In this document: in pieces, positions 28,010 to 41,631 of the stretch
Layout: the number at the start of each line of letters is the position of its first letter
Position numbering within the stretch: the stretch's first letter is position 1
Source: Eledone cirrhosa
Taxonomy: Eukaryota
DNA: 64,000 nt
Assembly (NCBI GenBank): GCA_964016885.1
Contig: OZ024756.1
Location: 23,002,001-23,066,000 of the forward strand
Direction of reading: 5' to 3'
Program-made: the position numbers and the translations under genes
Notes under the pieces: generated by a model
The model's database searches: none
What the model saw: the letters and a program-made list of their open reading frames with translations, nothing else
What the model was told of the DNA's origin: nothing

Positions 28010-28362
28010 TTGGCAGTATAGGTAGAGCGTCAGACACCATGCTTTGTAGCATAGAGTTATGGCCCTTTATGTTCAAATCCCGCCAAGGTTAACTTTGCCT
28101 TTCATCCTTACCGGGTCGATAAAATAAAGTATCAGTCACGCACTGGGGTAGATTTGATCGACTTCCCCCTCCCACAAAAATTACTGGCTTTGTGCCTATA
28201 TAAAAAAAACAAATATTATTATTATTAGGGCAGTGGATTGGCAGTATCGGTAGAGCGTCGGGTAATATGCTTTGCGGCATAGAGTTAAGGCCCTTTACGT
28301 TCTGAATTCAAATCCCGCAGAGGTTAGCTTTGCCTTTCATCCTTACGGAGTCAATAAAATAT
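28010..28362 (+). mobile_element. Two tandem SINE-A copies
   Basis: 28010-28210 long subfamily and 28228-28362 3'-truncated, next to (ATT)n. Confidence 0.85.
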
Positions 28363-28384
28363 TTTTAAATAAATGACATATCAG

Positions 28385-29250
28385 CTACTCTTTGGCCGTC
28401 ATCATGGGTTGACTAGATAGTGCAGAGGTGTGCGTGATATATTCAAATCTTAAGCATTAGGCATAGAACTATACATAAACGACGGATTGGCTGTCTCAGA
28501 TAATATTTATTGAGACGTGTTAGACAGTATAAAGAGATATATAATTAATACTTGTTAAAGAAATGGCCTGTTATATTAGAGTCGCTAAAGAGATAAGTAT
28601 AGTCCATAGTTAGACTTTACTTTAGATTTAGACAAATACAAGAAAACCAAACGGAAAATATATGAATATCGTTAAGAATTTAGGAAACACGATTTGCATC
28701 ATAACTTCTGAGAGTGCCACATTTGTTTCAACAGCTAATTACTACAATCAGGCCCTAGGGAAGCTAGATTTCGAAGAAATAATTACTTTTATACACGAGA
28801 ATAATTACTTTTGTTTTAAAGAAAAATTACTTTTATACACAGGAATATGCAAATGATGAATGAAGTAAGAAAATACCAAAGAATACATAACTACATATAA
28901 ACGAAATGTCAACCCATTCAATCTCAACAGAAATTCTTACATAGCCCAAATGTTTGTGAATTTGATTTGAAAACATTTTCCTGTTGGCACCAAGCTTTAT
29001 AAACACTTTAACCGAAATTAAACTGCAGTGAATTTAAGTTTCTTTTCAAATACTGACAAAATCAGTGGGGACAATAACCGAACTAAAATGTGAAACGCAC
29101 CCAGCAACCATACAGCAACAACACTACACCTGAGATTAAAATTGGTGGTGACCCAGATAAGCTCACTGATAAAAGAGATAAGTATTTTTGCAAATGGAAA
29201 TGTTCCACTTTATGACATCTCGAACATAATGTAGACATAGCCTTTTAGTT
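28385..29250 (+). pseudogene. Decayed Penelope-like element reverse transcriptase (C-terminal RT, thumb and linker)
   Basis: Manual translation: VIMG*LDSAEVC, GIELYINDGLAV, LDFTLDL, YYNQAL, KRNVNPFN, LI*KHFPVGTKLYKHFNRN; resembles PLE motifs MGSYDGAEVC, GLYRDDGL, FLDVTLDL, KHFP..HKL.KIFNRN. Confidence 0.8.
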
Positions 29251-29365
29251 AACATATTTCCAATGAAATACAATGTTCATAATTTTCAAATAACCTTTCG
29301 AAAATAATCAAGAATTTGCAAGGGTTTTGAAATATTACAGACTTTCTCATTATCAAGCAATCATA

Positions 29366-29760
29366 GGGCAGTATCAGTAGAGAGTTGGACACCATGCTTT
29401 GCAGCATAGAGTTATGGACCTTTACGGTCGGTCTGAGTTCAAATCACACCGAGGTTAACTTTACCTTTCATCTGTACGGGGTCGATACAATAAAGCACCA
29501 GTAACGTACTGGGGTCGATTTAATCGACTTTCCCCTCCCCCAAAATTACTGGCCTTGTGTCTATACTAGAAATCATTATTAAGCAATCATGGAAGTAGAA
29601 TCGTTAGAATGTCTGACAAAATACTTTGTGGTATTTGTTCCGGCACTTTACTTTCTGAGCTCAAATCTCACCGAGGTCATCTTTGTTGCCATCTTTAAGG
29701 GCTTAATAAAATAAAGGTGTATTTAATCGACTTTCCTTTTCTTTCAAATTGCTGATTTTG
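29366..29760 (+). mobile_element. SINE-A long copy plus an older degenerate copy
   Basis: 29366-29575 with TSD tcattat(c/t)aagcaatcat; degenerate copy follows. Confidence 0.85.
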
Positions 29761-30609
29761 TCAGACTTCTTAACTCTCTCCGTCCGACGAGGAGATCTCC
29801 CACCCACTTTGGAGTGGGTGAGAGATGTCGTCTCTTGTCAAAATCGGTATAATTCTCATTATATAAAATCTCCCTATTTTGCCCTATTTCTCCCCCTTTT
29901 GAGGTACTTTTTTCGTGATATACTCGGTTTAAGGTTTTTAGAGATTGGTAGGTCTTCTTTGTGTCTCAATTAGAAACCATTATAAACTAGTTTTGAGACC
30001 ATAACTTAATAAAGGTTCCTAAATAAAACTATGATGACTGACTATCGTAAAATCAGGGGTGGTTTTAGGCGATTCGATATCAAAAGTGTTAACAATTTAT
30101 CAACTAAATGACCATATTTCACACAAATAACCATTACGTACTAAATCATACATAAGGCTTTCCAAGTGTTTGTTTTTTTATTCAAATCATGAATACTCTT
30201 TTTTTAAATTAAAAAAACGCAAGTAATAGGGATGCTACAACTTTATCCAACTGTGTATGGCAATTAAAATAGTGTCATGCTGATTTTAATATATCATGGT
30301 CGATTTAGCTCGCAGCGAAAACAAGGTTCTTAATTCTAACGAATAAAAACAAGCAAGAATCATTTTTAACAAAAAAAAAATCGACATACTAAAAATTAAC
30401 CAAGAAAATATATTTTGTCTCTCTCTCTCTCTCATATATATATGTGTGTGTGTAATGTATGTAAATGTGTGTGTGTATATATGTATGTATAAGTGTGCGT
30501 GTATGTATGTATATGTGCATGTGTGAAGAGTTACGTGTGAAATAACTCTATACAGCCAAAGGCGTAAATTTGGATAATTAAGTTAAAGGGTTGTGTATTG
30601 AATAGCGTG

Positions 30610-30975
30610 TGAAGGCATGCAGTCTAAGTGGGGTAAGGGTGTTTGGCTCACAACCAAGAGGACATGGCTTCGGTTACCGATGGCGCGTTGTGTCCTTGAG
30701 AAAGATACTTAGCGGAAAAAAATGATGATCAGCATCAGTTGGGGAGTTAACTCAACAAAGACAGGCTGGTACCCCCATCAGTTCGGGAGTTAACTCAACA
30801 AAGACGGGATGATATCCGCATCAGTTGGGGTGTTGTGAACTCAACAAAGACGGGATGATATCCGCATCAGTTGGGGTGTTGTGAACTCAACAAAGACGGG
30901 ATGATATCCGCATCAGTTGGGGTGTTGTGAACTCAACAAAGACGGGCTGGTACCCGTATCAGTTGGGGAGTTAAC
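30610..30975 (+). repeat. Degenerate tRNA-derived SINE head followed by a 43-46 bp tandem repeat, about 5.5 units
   Basis: Unit gcatcagttggggtgttgtgaactcaacaaagacgggatgatatcc (period 46 at 30818 and 30864). Confidence 0.8.
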
Positions 30976-31756
30976 AATTTTACTCTTAACTACATTTCTT
31001 TCATGACTTAGAGTCTCCCACCCTCTGCCCTCTCCTTTTCTTTCGATGCCTAGTAATCCTTGCTTTCACCCCTTTTCTTCTCATTTATAGCATTTACAGT
31101 CCTTTCCAATATTACTTTCTTTTTCTATATATTTGACTAAATGTTAAATTCTTTATCATTTTTATGTAATTTTTGTATGAGAAAAATTAAACAAAAGCCT
31201 AGCGGCCATTTTGTGTAGCTCTCAGACAAAATAGGACGTAATAATTTCAACAACCCAACCTCCCACCCGCAAAAAACATCTAGGGGAAAGAAGAAGGAAA
31301 TAGTTTTGTGCTTGTTTTCAAACAAAAGAAAAATATGGTTACAGGTATCGATCTATATTCAAAGATGCCAATTATTCTTAATATACTAAGCTCTTTTCTA
31401 CGTGAAACCTAGCCATTGATCAGCGTTTTTGAGTAGCGTGCGCAATGCTGACGACTTCAGAAATGATAAAACTTGTTCAGAGTTGTCTTTTTCCTCCAAA
31501 CAAAGATCAAAATGGCCTTTTGATAATTATTATTATCAAAAGGCCATTTCGATCTTTAAATTATAATCTAACTATCAATTAAAAAAATTATTTATTGATT
31601 TCTTGGAAATTTTGTGACACAATTTAGGAATAAACAATCGTACTACTAGCAACAGAAACAAAACGTCAGCGACTACGATATCACGTACGTGTGTGGGAGG
31701 GAAGCGTGATTGTGCGTTTGTAGAATGAGTACTGTACCACTATAAAGTGTTGATGA

Positions 31757-32060
31757 TAAGAAAAAGAAAAAGAAGAAGAAGAAGAAGAAGAAGAAGAAGA
31801 AGAAGAAGAAGAAGAAGAAGAAGAAGAAGAAGAAGAAGAAGAAGAAGAAGAAAGAGAAGAAGAAAAAGAAGAAGAAGAAGAAGAAAGAGAAGAAGAAGAA
31901 AAAGAAGAAGAAGAAGAAGAAGAAGAAGAAGAAGAAGAAGAAGAAGAAGAAGAAGAAGAAGAAGAAGAAGAAGAAGAAAGAGAAGAAGAAGAAGAAGAGA
32001 AGAAGAAGAAGAAGAAGAAGAAGAAGAAGAAGAAGAAGAAGAAGAAGAAGAAGAAGAAGA
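31757..32060. repeat. (GAA)n microsatellite
   Basis: Direct inspection. Confidence 0.97.
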
Positions 32061-32379
32061 CCATAAAAGGATAGAACAAAAAAGAGAAGGAGCGAAAAAG
32101 CGTATTCATGTGTAAGAAAGAAAAAATAACAGAATGTATGCTTCATTGTTAAAACAAAATATCGTGGTTAATTATGCAGAAAGCGCCATATTGTAATTGT
32201 AAAATATCAGTCTCGTGACTTGCTAAGATGTCTGAAGTACTTTACAGCGGTTGAGTACGAAATATCGAAATGTGGTACTGGTGAAGTTAGTGGTGGTGGT
32301 GGTGGTGGTGGCATTAGTTGAGATGGCACGCCTGACTTTGTATTGGCAAAGACATGACACATGCATATCCTTGCACACG

Positions 32380-33252
<873 letters not shown>

Positions 33253-33344
33253 GTAGAACACTGGAAGGTAATATCCGTAGTGGTAGAGCTAAGGTGAAAC
33301 AATTCTATATATATATATATATATATGTGTGTGTATATATTTAA

Positions 33345-33732
33345 AGGGGAGGGGAAAGTCAAATTAAATCGACCCAGTACATTACTGGTACTTTATTTTA
33401 TCGACCCCGTAAGGATGAAAGGCAAAGCTAACCACGGCGGGATTTGAACTGCCATTCTGAGATCAAATCCCGCCAAGGTTAACTTTGCCTTTCATCCTTA
33501 CGGGGTCAATAAAATAAAGTACCAGTAATGTACTGAGGGATTGCTGGCCTTGTGCCAAATGTACAAACAATTAATATTATTTTTATTTTTTGTGGATTGG
33601 CAGTATCGATAGAGCGTCGGACAATATTCTTTACGGCATAGAGTTACGGCCCTTTACGTTCTGATTTCAAATCCCGCCGAGGTTATCTTTGCCTTTCATC
33701 CATACGGAGTCGATTAAATAAAGTACCAGTAA
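33345..33732. mobile_element. SINE-A cluster: head-to-head truncated pair (33345-33572) and a 3'-truncated copy (33591-33732)
   Basis: Consensus matches on both strands. Confidence 0.85.
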
Positions 33733-33734
33733 GT

Positions 33735-33872
33735 AATAACAAGGGACGCAAGCTCTCCTATGCTGATGTCATCTCCAGTGATTCTGCTATTGAACTCCAG
33801 GACTTGGCAACGGCAATGAACGACAGACCCACGTGGAGATCAATTGCTGAGTGTATTTCGACTGAGGCCGCC

Positions 33873-33906
<34 letters not shown>
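33735..33906 (+). mobile_element. RTE LINE 3' end with (GAT)n tail
   Basis: KGRKLSYADVISSDSAIELQDLATAMNDRPTWRSI followed by (GAT)n. Confidence 0.8.
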
Positions 33907-33960
<54 letters not shown>

Positions 33961-34043
33961 CGAAAGGATAGTTGTCTGTACACCATTTCTTACAGTTAAT
34001 ATTTGTTCATTTCAGATATTAAGATCACATTAATTATACACAA

Positions 34044-34228
34044 GGGCGGTGGATTGGCAGTATCAGTAGAGGGTCGGACGCCATGCTTTCCAGCATAGTT
34101 ACGTCCCTTTACGGTCTGAGTTCAAATCCCGCCGAGGTTGACTTTGCCTTTCATCCTTACGGTGTCGATAAAATAAAGTACCAGTAATGTACTAGGTATT
34201 TGCTGGCCTTGAGCCTAAAGTAGAAACA
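34044..34228 (+). mobile_element. SINE-A
   Basis: Full length; TSD attaattatacacaag. Confidence 0.95.
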
Positions 34229-34257
34229 ATTAATTATACACAAGAGTGTGTGTGTCT

Positions 34258-34307
<50 letters not shown>

Positions 34308-34580
34308 TGAGAGAGTCAAAGAGCCGAAGAAAGACATGTAAACACGGGGATACAAACATAAACACTCATACACATGGGGATATAGCTTCCCTCCTGCACA
34401 CACATATACACACATCTCTGTTATCGTGTGTGTGAGTGTGTATATATGTGTGTATATGTGTGTGTGTGCGCACACACACAAACATACACGTTTAAGAACA
34501 CAGAAAAAAAACACAAAACTATAAAGTAGCTGTCACACATATACACTCTCTCACCCCACCCCTATCTATCTTTCTTTCCC

Positions 34581-34651
<71 letters not shown>

Positions 34652-35379
34652 AGTAAACACTATCTAAAATTGTACATAAGTACACATACCATACACACAT
34701 AAACGCAGTTACAAATACAAATATACACATAGCTGTACTCAGTGAAAAATAAACATAACAAATGCAGAAATCCAAGATGGACTCCATTGTGTGGTGTTAG
34801 TGCAAGTTAAATGCTGTTTGTCATCTCGGTCATTGTTGTAATATTTCAGTAACCATGTAAAATGGCTTTCAATTGTATTTTTATTCTTTGCTCTTTCTAC
34901 CGTTTCCTTTTATGCGACGACATTTGGATTTTTACTTTTTAGTTGAAAATTCACTAACAATTTGTAGAACTCTAGGCACCGTTGTCTACCACTTATTGTT
35001 ATTCTTTCTCTCCATATTATTATTGATGTCTTTGCTGCTGTTGTTATTGTTGTGGTTGTTGTTGTTGTTGTTTAGCCCCAGGAGATCACAAAGAGCAGAC
35101 CGAAAATCAATGGCGTGATAATCGTGACAAATCCATCTTTATTTGAAACGGTATATGTAAAACTACATCCTCCCATTTCCTTTTTATGTCGCTAAGATGT
35201 GATTTGACGGACATTTAGCTGCTATTTCTAGCAGTTCAGACAACCACGTAAAGGGACCTTGATTATCTTTGCTTTTGTTAGTTATTGTGGGTCGTTGAGA
35301 TCGTTATCGCGACGGTTACGGTAGTTGCCGTGGTATAATGGTATAAGTAGATGCATGCAAGAGGGTATATTATTATTAT

Positions 35380-35820
35380 TTGGCTTTGCAGCATAGAGTT
35401 ACGTCCCTTTGCGTTTTGGGTTCAAATCTCACCGAGGTTAGCTTTAACTTTACCTTTCATCTTTATGGGGTCGACAAAATGAAGCACAGTTTAGCACTAG
35501 GGTCAATTTAATCGACTTTCCACTCCCCCGAAATGGCTGACCTTGTACCTAAATCAGAAACCATTACGATGGCGGTCAATTGGCAGGATCGGTAAAGCGT
35601 CGGACACCCTATTTCGCGGCATAGTGTTACGGCCCTATTATTTGGCTTTGCGGCATAGAGTTACGACCCTATACGTTTGGGGTTCCAATAACACCGAGGT
35701 TAGTCTTACCTTTTATCCTTACAGGGTCGATAAAATAAAATACCAGTCACGCACTGGATCGATTTAATCGATTTCTCCTTTCCCAAAATTGCTGGCCTTG
35801 TGCCTATATCAGAAACCATT
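35380..35820 (+). mobile_element. Cluster of SINE-A long-subfamily copies
   Basis: Core and tail motifs repeated. Confidence 0.8.
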
Positions 35821-36152
35821 ATTGTTATTTACAAATAATATTATACGTTGTCTTTCTTGTTTTTTTTATTATTCGAATAGACTATGCAGCCGGTAAACCC
35901 TGAAAATGCAACACACATTGCTATAGCGTTTCACCAGCCCCTTCGTTTTGTGTCTGTTTATATATTTCCGTGTAGAAGTGTGTGCGTATGTAACTAAAGT
36001 GTAACCTATGTTATGAATGGACGACTAAATGATTTTAACTTGTTTTTTTTAACAATTGATGGTGGAAAAGATTTTAAATTGTCTTAACAATTGTCTTAAC
36101 TTGAGCTGCAACTCATGGTGTCTGACACTTTTACCGGCTACATAGCCTCTTC

Positions 36153-36400
36153 CTTTTTTTTTTTTTTTTTTTTTTAGTTTCTTATGCATGATTTCCAAGA
36201 TGTTAATAAACTTCAGAATTCAAATAGGCCATAGATGGCTCCGCAAGCCAAACTCTGCAGATTCTACACGCAAGTCAGAGTGTAGTTCCGGCTGCGCCCA
36301 GCGAACAAACTGGCAAAAGCATTTCCACGCACAATGGCCAGTGACTCACGCTGCAACAGCAACCCCAGCTCACGGGGCTCCTAGCCCAGAGAGGCTTCTT
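36153..36400 (-). mobile_element. 3' end of a CRE-type RLE non-LTR retrotransposon with poly(A)
   Basis: Minus strand EPRELGLLLQRESLAIVRGNA resembles the QRLSxAxxRGNA C-terminal motif; T-run at 36153-36176 is the tail. Confidence 0.7.
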
Positions 36401-36983
36401 CTTCTCAAAACACGAGGAATAATTATTATTCTTTTATTCCGTCATAACATCACAAATCTTTCGTTCTTTATTTTATTTTATTTTCAAGGGTTGAATTCGA
36501 TTAAATATTCTACAGTAGCGATATATACTTTTCTGGAAAAACAAACTCTACCTTTACGAGATTTGAACTCAGAACGCCATAGTAATGGGATGAAATAAAA
36601 TATCGTGGTTCATTTCATTTGGCCTTCTATCAATTATAAAAGATACTTGTAATTCACGAATGAATCTTAAGCTCTCTTCAAATGAAGTGGACTTCCAATG
36701 ATGTATGTTTTGTGTAGTTACAAAAACACCGCAGTAGCAATATACTGATTGAGATGTTCTTCCGCAGAGAAGAACAGAAAGCGTGTGGGTGTGGGGTGGG
36801 TGTGCGTGTGTGTCTGTGTGTGTATGTGTGCGTATGTGTGTGTATGTGTGTGTATGTGTGAATATGGGTCTGCGTGCATGTAGGTGGAGGTTTATTATTG
36901 TTGGATGTTGCTGAAATGCCCTGAAGTTGATATTTATCGTACTTTGAAATATATAAGTATGTATATAAACACGCACACATATA

Positions 36984-37044
<61 letters not shown>

Positions 37045-37136
37045 ACCCTCTCTCTCTATTTTATATATATACATATATATATATATACATTTATAAATAC
37101 ATACACACACATGCACAAATATACGCACAAACACAT

Positions 37137-37248
<112 letters not shown>

Positions 37249-37594
37249 TACGGGTTTGAGTTGGCGCGTGAAGTGAGTTCGTTTGCTTCTTTCTATAGCA
37301 ACAAAAGAACATGCGCGTTGCTATAAAATCAAAGGAATTGGTATTGAGCAAGAAACCATTTCAAGAGATCTCATCCTACACAAACATTACATTGCGATAA
37401 TCTACTGCCACCTGCTTATCATTAAACAGTATTTAATACATGTACAAACATATATATATATATATTTATATATATAAATATATATATATGTATATATATA
37501 TACTGTGTATATATATGTATATATATATATATTTTTGGGGGGTGTTTTTTTATGATAACACCCCAATGATAAAATTTGCTCCGAACGAACTACC

Positions 37595-37685
37595 CGTGTC
37601 TGAAAGAACCTGCAGCCGTAGAATCAGCCAGATCCATACAGGGACCATGTCTCGAGCTACCTGCCGGCGAAACAATTGTAACACG
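37595..37685 (+). ncRNA. Type I hammerhead ribozyme with long helix II
   Basis: cgtgt-CTGAAAGA-(about 60 nt, gcag..gtag/ctac..ctgc pairing)-GAAA-caattg-TA-acacg; core has one extra A; between (TA)n arrays. Confidence 0.7.
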
Positions 37686-37738
37686 CAATAAATTGAGTCC
37701 AGATGCATCACTGATTTTTTGATTTTTCGTTTTCTTTA

Positions 37739-37772
<34 letters not shown>

Positions 37773-37923
37773 TATATATATATATATATATATAATGTAG
37801 GAGGTGAGTTTTATTGTAGCACAATAAAGCAAATGCAAATATCGGATAAGTAGCACTCTACAGTTTGTAGGACTGGAGTATAAATAATATAAGATCAAAA
37901 GATGGTTAAAAGAGTTCCAAGTG

Positions 37924-37990
37924 TTTTATTATGCGCATTTCAAAAACAAATATCATCATGGGATGATATCTGCGTTCTCAGCAGATAAAA
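37924..37990 (-). ncRNA. Type I hammerhead ribozyme, family F-like, one core mutation
   Basis: Minus strand: ttttat-CTGcTGA-gaacgcagatatcatc ccat gatgatatttgttttt-GAAA-tgcgca-TA-ataaaa; joined to a family A tail fragment at 37998-38031. Confidence 0.75.
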
Positions 37991-38030
37991 TACGGAGACT
38001 GTGGTTACCTCCGATTCAACCCGGAATAAC

Positions 38031-38080
<50 letters not shown>

Positions 38081-38437
38081 CGATTTGTGAGACAATAATA
38101 CATACACAAATATGCATATTCCGTCTTTTTTTCATGTTTATATTTATATATAGAGTGTGACTATAAACTCTATGTGGGATTACAATTTACTTTATAGCCC
38201 TAGGTAAGCTCTCGTTAACCAAACGCATGATTGAAATAATTCCAGTCTATAGCATCTGCTATGTTTGAAAGACTGGATGTCTAAACACAAATATTACAAA
38301 TGCATGACCTGACAACTAGATGTGTGTGTTTTCATATATATATATATATATATATATAGTAGTAATAATAGGTAGGTAAAAAGAAATCCAAGGTATAGCG
38401 CAACTGAGGTCCCTTGGGCGAGTTTGAATATAATAAT

Positions 38438-38622
38438 TGTTTCTACTTTAGGCACAAGGCCAGCAATTACCCAGTGCATTACTGGTACTTTATTTTATCG
38501 ACCCCGTAAGGATGAAAGGCAAAGTAAACCTCGGCGGGATTTGAACTCAGACTGTAAAGGGACGTAACTAAGCTGGAAAGCATGGCGTCCGACTCTCCAC
38601 CGATACTGCCAATCCCCCGCCC
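38438..38622 (-). mobile_element. SINE-A inserted in a short gggcgagtttgaatataataatt repeat
   Basis: Reverse complement of the consensus; TSD tgaatataataatt. Confidence 0.95.
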
Positions 38623-38980
38623 TGAATATAATAATTAGGGCGAGTTTGAATATAATAATTAAGGCGAGTTATTACATCGGTACCATGCCAGCACGTACGC
38701 ACACGGTATGGTACCGTTGTAGTAAGTGGCTTTAATGATTATACATGTCTGTGGTGTGTGTGGTGTGTGTGTGTGGTGTGTGTGTGTGTGTGTAATTTCA
38801 TACTCTTAACATGTATGTGTGACCTTAGATCCAGAGCCAGATATGGCCACCCCTGTACAGCAGAGAAACCGTTCTAAAACTGGCCTTTCTTGTCGGGAGT
38901 AAGGAGAAATATATATTAAATCTCTCTTTGAGCATTGTTTCCTTGGCTTTTTATCTGCGGATATTTTGCATATATATATA

Positions 38981-39164
38981 TAACAAAGAGGGTGTGGTAA
39001 GATACCCGGTGGAGCATAACGCACCAGAGTACTCAATACTTAGAGTAGTAGAGTAGGTAATAGGAAAAGAGTTGACAGCTGAGCTCCAACCGTTTCGACT
39101 GTTAGATCCGAATCTAGCTGTCAAAACGGCCGGAGCTCAGCCGTTGGGGTCCTGACTCTTTTCC

Positions 39165-39167
<3 letters not shown>
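38981..39167 (-). mobile_element. Family B hammerhead-derived fold-back cassette (diverged)
   Basis: Tail plus imperfect palindrome ccgtttcgactgttagat ccga atctagctgtcaaaacgg; (TA)n on both sides. Confidence 0.8.
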
Positions 39168-39199
<32 letters not shown>

Positions 39200-39204
39200 T
39201 CAAT

Positions 39205-39845
39205 GGCCCCAATGTGTTTGCTCTAGCTGTTCTAACATTTGAACTACTTGATGGACGCTAGATGAGATCCGAGGCATTGATGCTAAAACCCGAAAAGTTC
39301 TAACCAGCTACTTAAATTTCTACATCAACAGTAACATAAACGGCCTCTACTTAAAATGTTACCCGGGAGACAGAGGCTTAACTCCAATCCCAAAAGAATC
39401 ATATCCCTCCAACAACATCTACAAAACACTAATAGCAGAACCCAATCCTTAGAACAGGTCTGGCTACATGTGGCAGATAACATCATGAGAGTTGGAAACA
39501 GTCATATTTACCTAGTTAGAATCTTAATTTTGTGTTAGAGACCGGCTCTCATTCCATTCGTGAAACCAGCACACATACATACATACATACATACATACAT
39601 ACATACATACATACATACATACATACATACATACACCAACCCGCTTGGACAAATGAATAACAACTTGGATTTGTGGATAAAGAGCGCAGCTCCCTAATTT
39701 ATAGACTACAAATGGCCGCAATATCTGGCACATTCAAAATTTGCAAAACATTCTTGCGATTCAAGGTATGACAATTACTTTTCTTCTACAACCTTGCCAC
39801 CAGGAAGGTGGCTGGTCAAAAATGTAATCGAAATTAACAGAAAGA
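39205..39845 (+). mobile_element. Deleted second copy of the R4/Dong-type LINE
   Basis: 39632-39840 aligns with 9607-9820 (ccaacccgcttggaccaaa...aacattcttgcgattcaag...ccttgccaccaggaaggtggc); 39205-39495 resembles 8560-8870; internal (CATA)n. Confidence 0.85.
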
Positions 39846-40149
39846 GATACATACATACAAACACGTGGTGGTGACTGCCAGACAGAATTCTGAATCAAAC
39901 AATGAGGCCAAGCATGGCGACCAATTTCACATAAAAGACTGAATATTCCAAAAAATCAATAATATTTTATAGTACATATATTTACAGCATACCACACACA
40001 ACTCCTACCACCAAAATATGTCACACAGTTTTACTTGTTACCATGCTATTTATTCCCCAGTCAATTCACTGCCATCCTAATGTTTAAGAAATCGTCACTA
40101 AATAACTCTTCCGATTGGAACAACTGGAATGCGTGTCTGGGGACCTTCT

Positions 40150-40663
40150 CAAGAAAGAAGAAGAAGAAGGCAAAGAAGAAGAAGGCAAAGAAGAAGAAGA
40201 AGAAGAAGAAGAAGAAGAAGAAGAAGAAGAAGAAGAAGAAGAAGAAGAAGAAGAAGGCAAAGAAAGAAGAAGAAGAAGAAGAAGAAGAAGAAGAAGAAGA
40301 AGAAGAAGAAGAAGAAGGCAAAGAAAGAAGAAGGCAAAGAAAGAAGAAGAAGAAGAAGAAGAAGAAGAAGAAGAAGAAGAAGAAGAAGAAGAAGAAGAAG
40401 AAGAAGGCAAAGAAAGAAGAAGAAGAAGAAGAAGAAGAAGAAGAAGAAGAAGAAGAAGAAGAAGAAGAAGAAGAAGAAGAAAAGGCAAAGAAGAAGAAAA
40501 AGGCGAAGAAGAAGAAGAAGAATAAAAAGGCAAAGAAGAAGAAAAAGGCGAAGAAGAAGAAGAAAAAGGCAAAGAAGAAGAAAAAGGCAAAGAAGAAAAA
40601 GAAAAAGAAGAAGAAGAAGAAGAAGAAGAAGAAGAAGAAGAAGAAGAAGAAGAAGAAGAAGAA
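40150..40663. repeat. (GAA)n array punctuated by GGCAAA
   Basis: Direct inspection. Confidence 0.95.
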
Positions 40664-41025
40664 AGCCTTAAATATTAAATTATAAGATAAAGAGCTGAAT
40701 CACTTGATCATTGGTCTACTCACCGTCTCGTTGTCAGTTACGGCCCTTCACGTTTTGAGATCTAATACAGCATTGGAGTTGCGTTTCGACTTTGAGTTAA
40801 GATTTGTCTTTCGATTTCAGGTTAAGATTCGAAGGCGGTGGTTTGGAGGAATTGGGGGAATGTTGGACATGACACCTTTCGCGTGGCGGCCCCTATTTTT
40901 CTCTTAGAAAACATTTGTAGCGCGGAGAGTAGCACTGGATTGTGGATTGCTGGTCAGTGTCTAGGAATAGAGTCGTCCAAATGAGGATATAATCTCATTG
41001 TTAATTGTGATTGAAAGGTCCTATC

Positions 41026-41107
<82 letters not shown>

Positions 41108-41120
41108 CGTCGTGGCATCA

Positions 41121-41204
41121 ACAGCAGTATTCTAGTTTTTAATAAATGCATCTAGAGTTTTTCAACTTTTTTTTACATCGGAAAGAACTAGCTTTATCTT
41201 GGCA

Positions 41205-41271
<67 letters not shown>

Positions 41272-41593
41272 AAAAAGAGATGAAATCGAAAATGCAACTG
41301 GAGTCTTATTTTAAAAAGAAATATATATATATTTATTTGGTTCCTTTACCGGTTTCGCAGTTCTTCTGCTTTTCAAAAGGTGAGTTGAAACCACAGACCC
41401 TCCATCTCAACTCACCTTTTGAAAAGCAGAAGAACTGCGAAACCGGTAAAGGAACCAAATAAATATATATATATATTTTTTTTAAATAAGACTCCAGTTG
41501 CATTTTCGATTTCATCTCTTTTTCTTTATACTTTCACTCGTGTAGGACACCTCGGTTATTTTTCATTTTGTAAAAAAAACCTCACTTTCTAAT

Positions 41594-41631
<38 letters not shown>

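Noticed and set aside
40035-40685. Lys/Glu/Arg-rich ORFs (also 31673-32146)
   Set aside because: (GAA)n microsatellite
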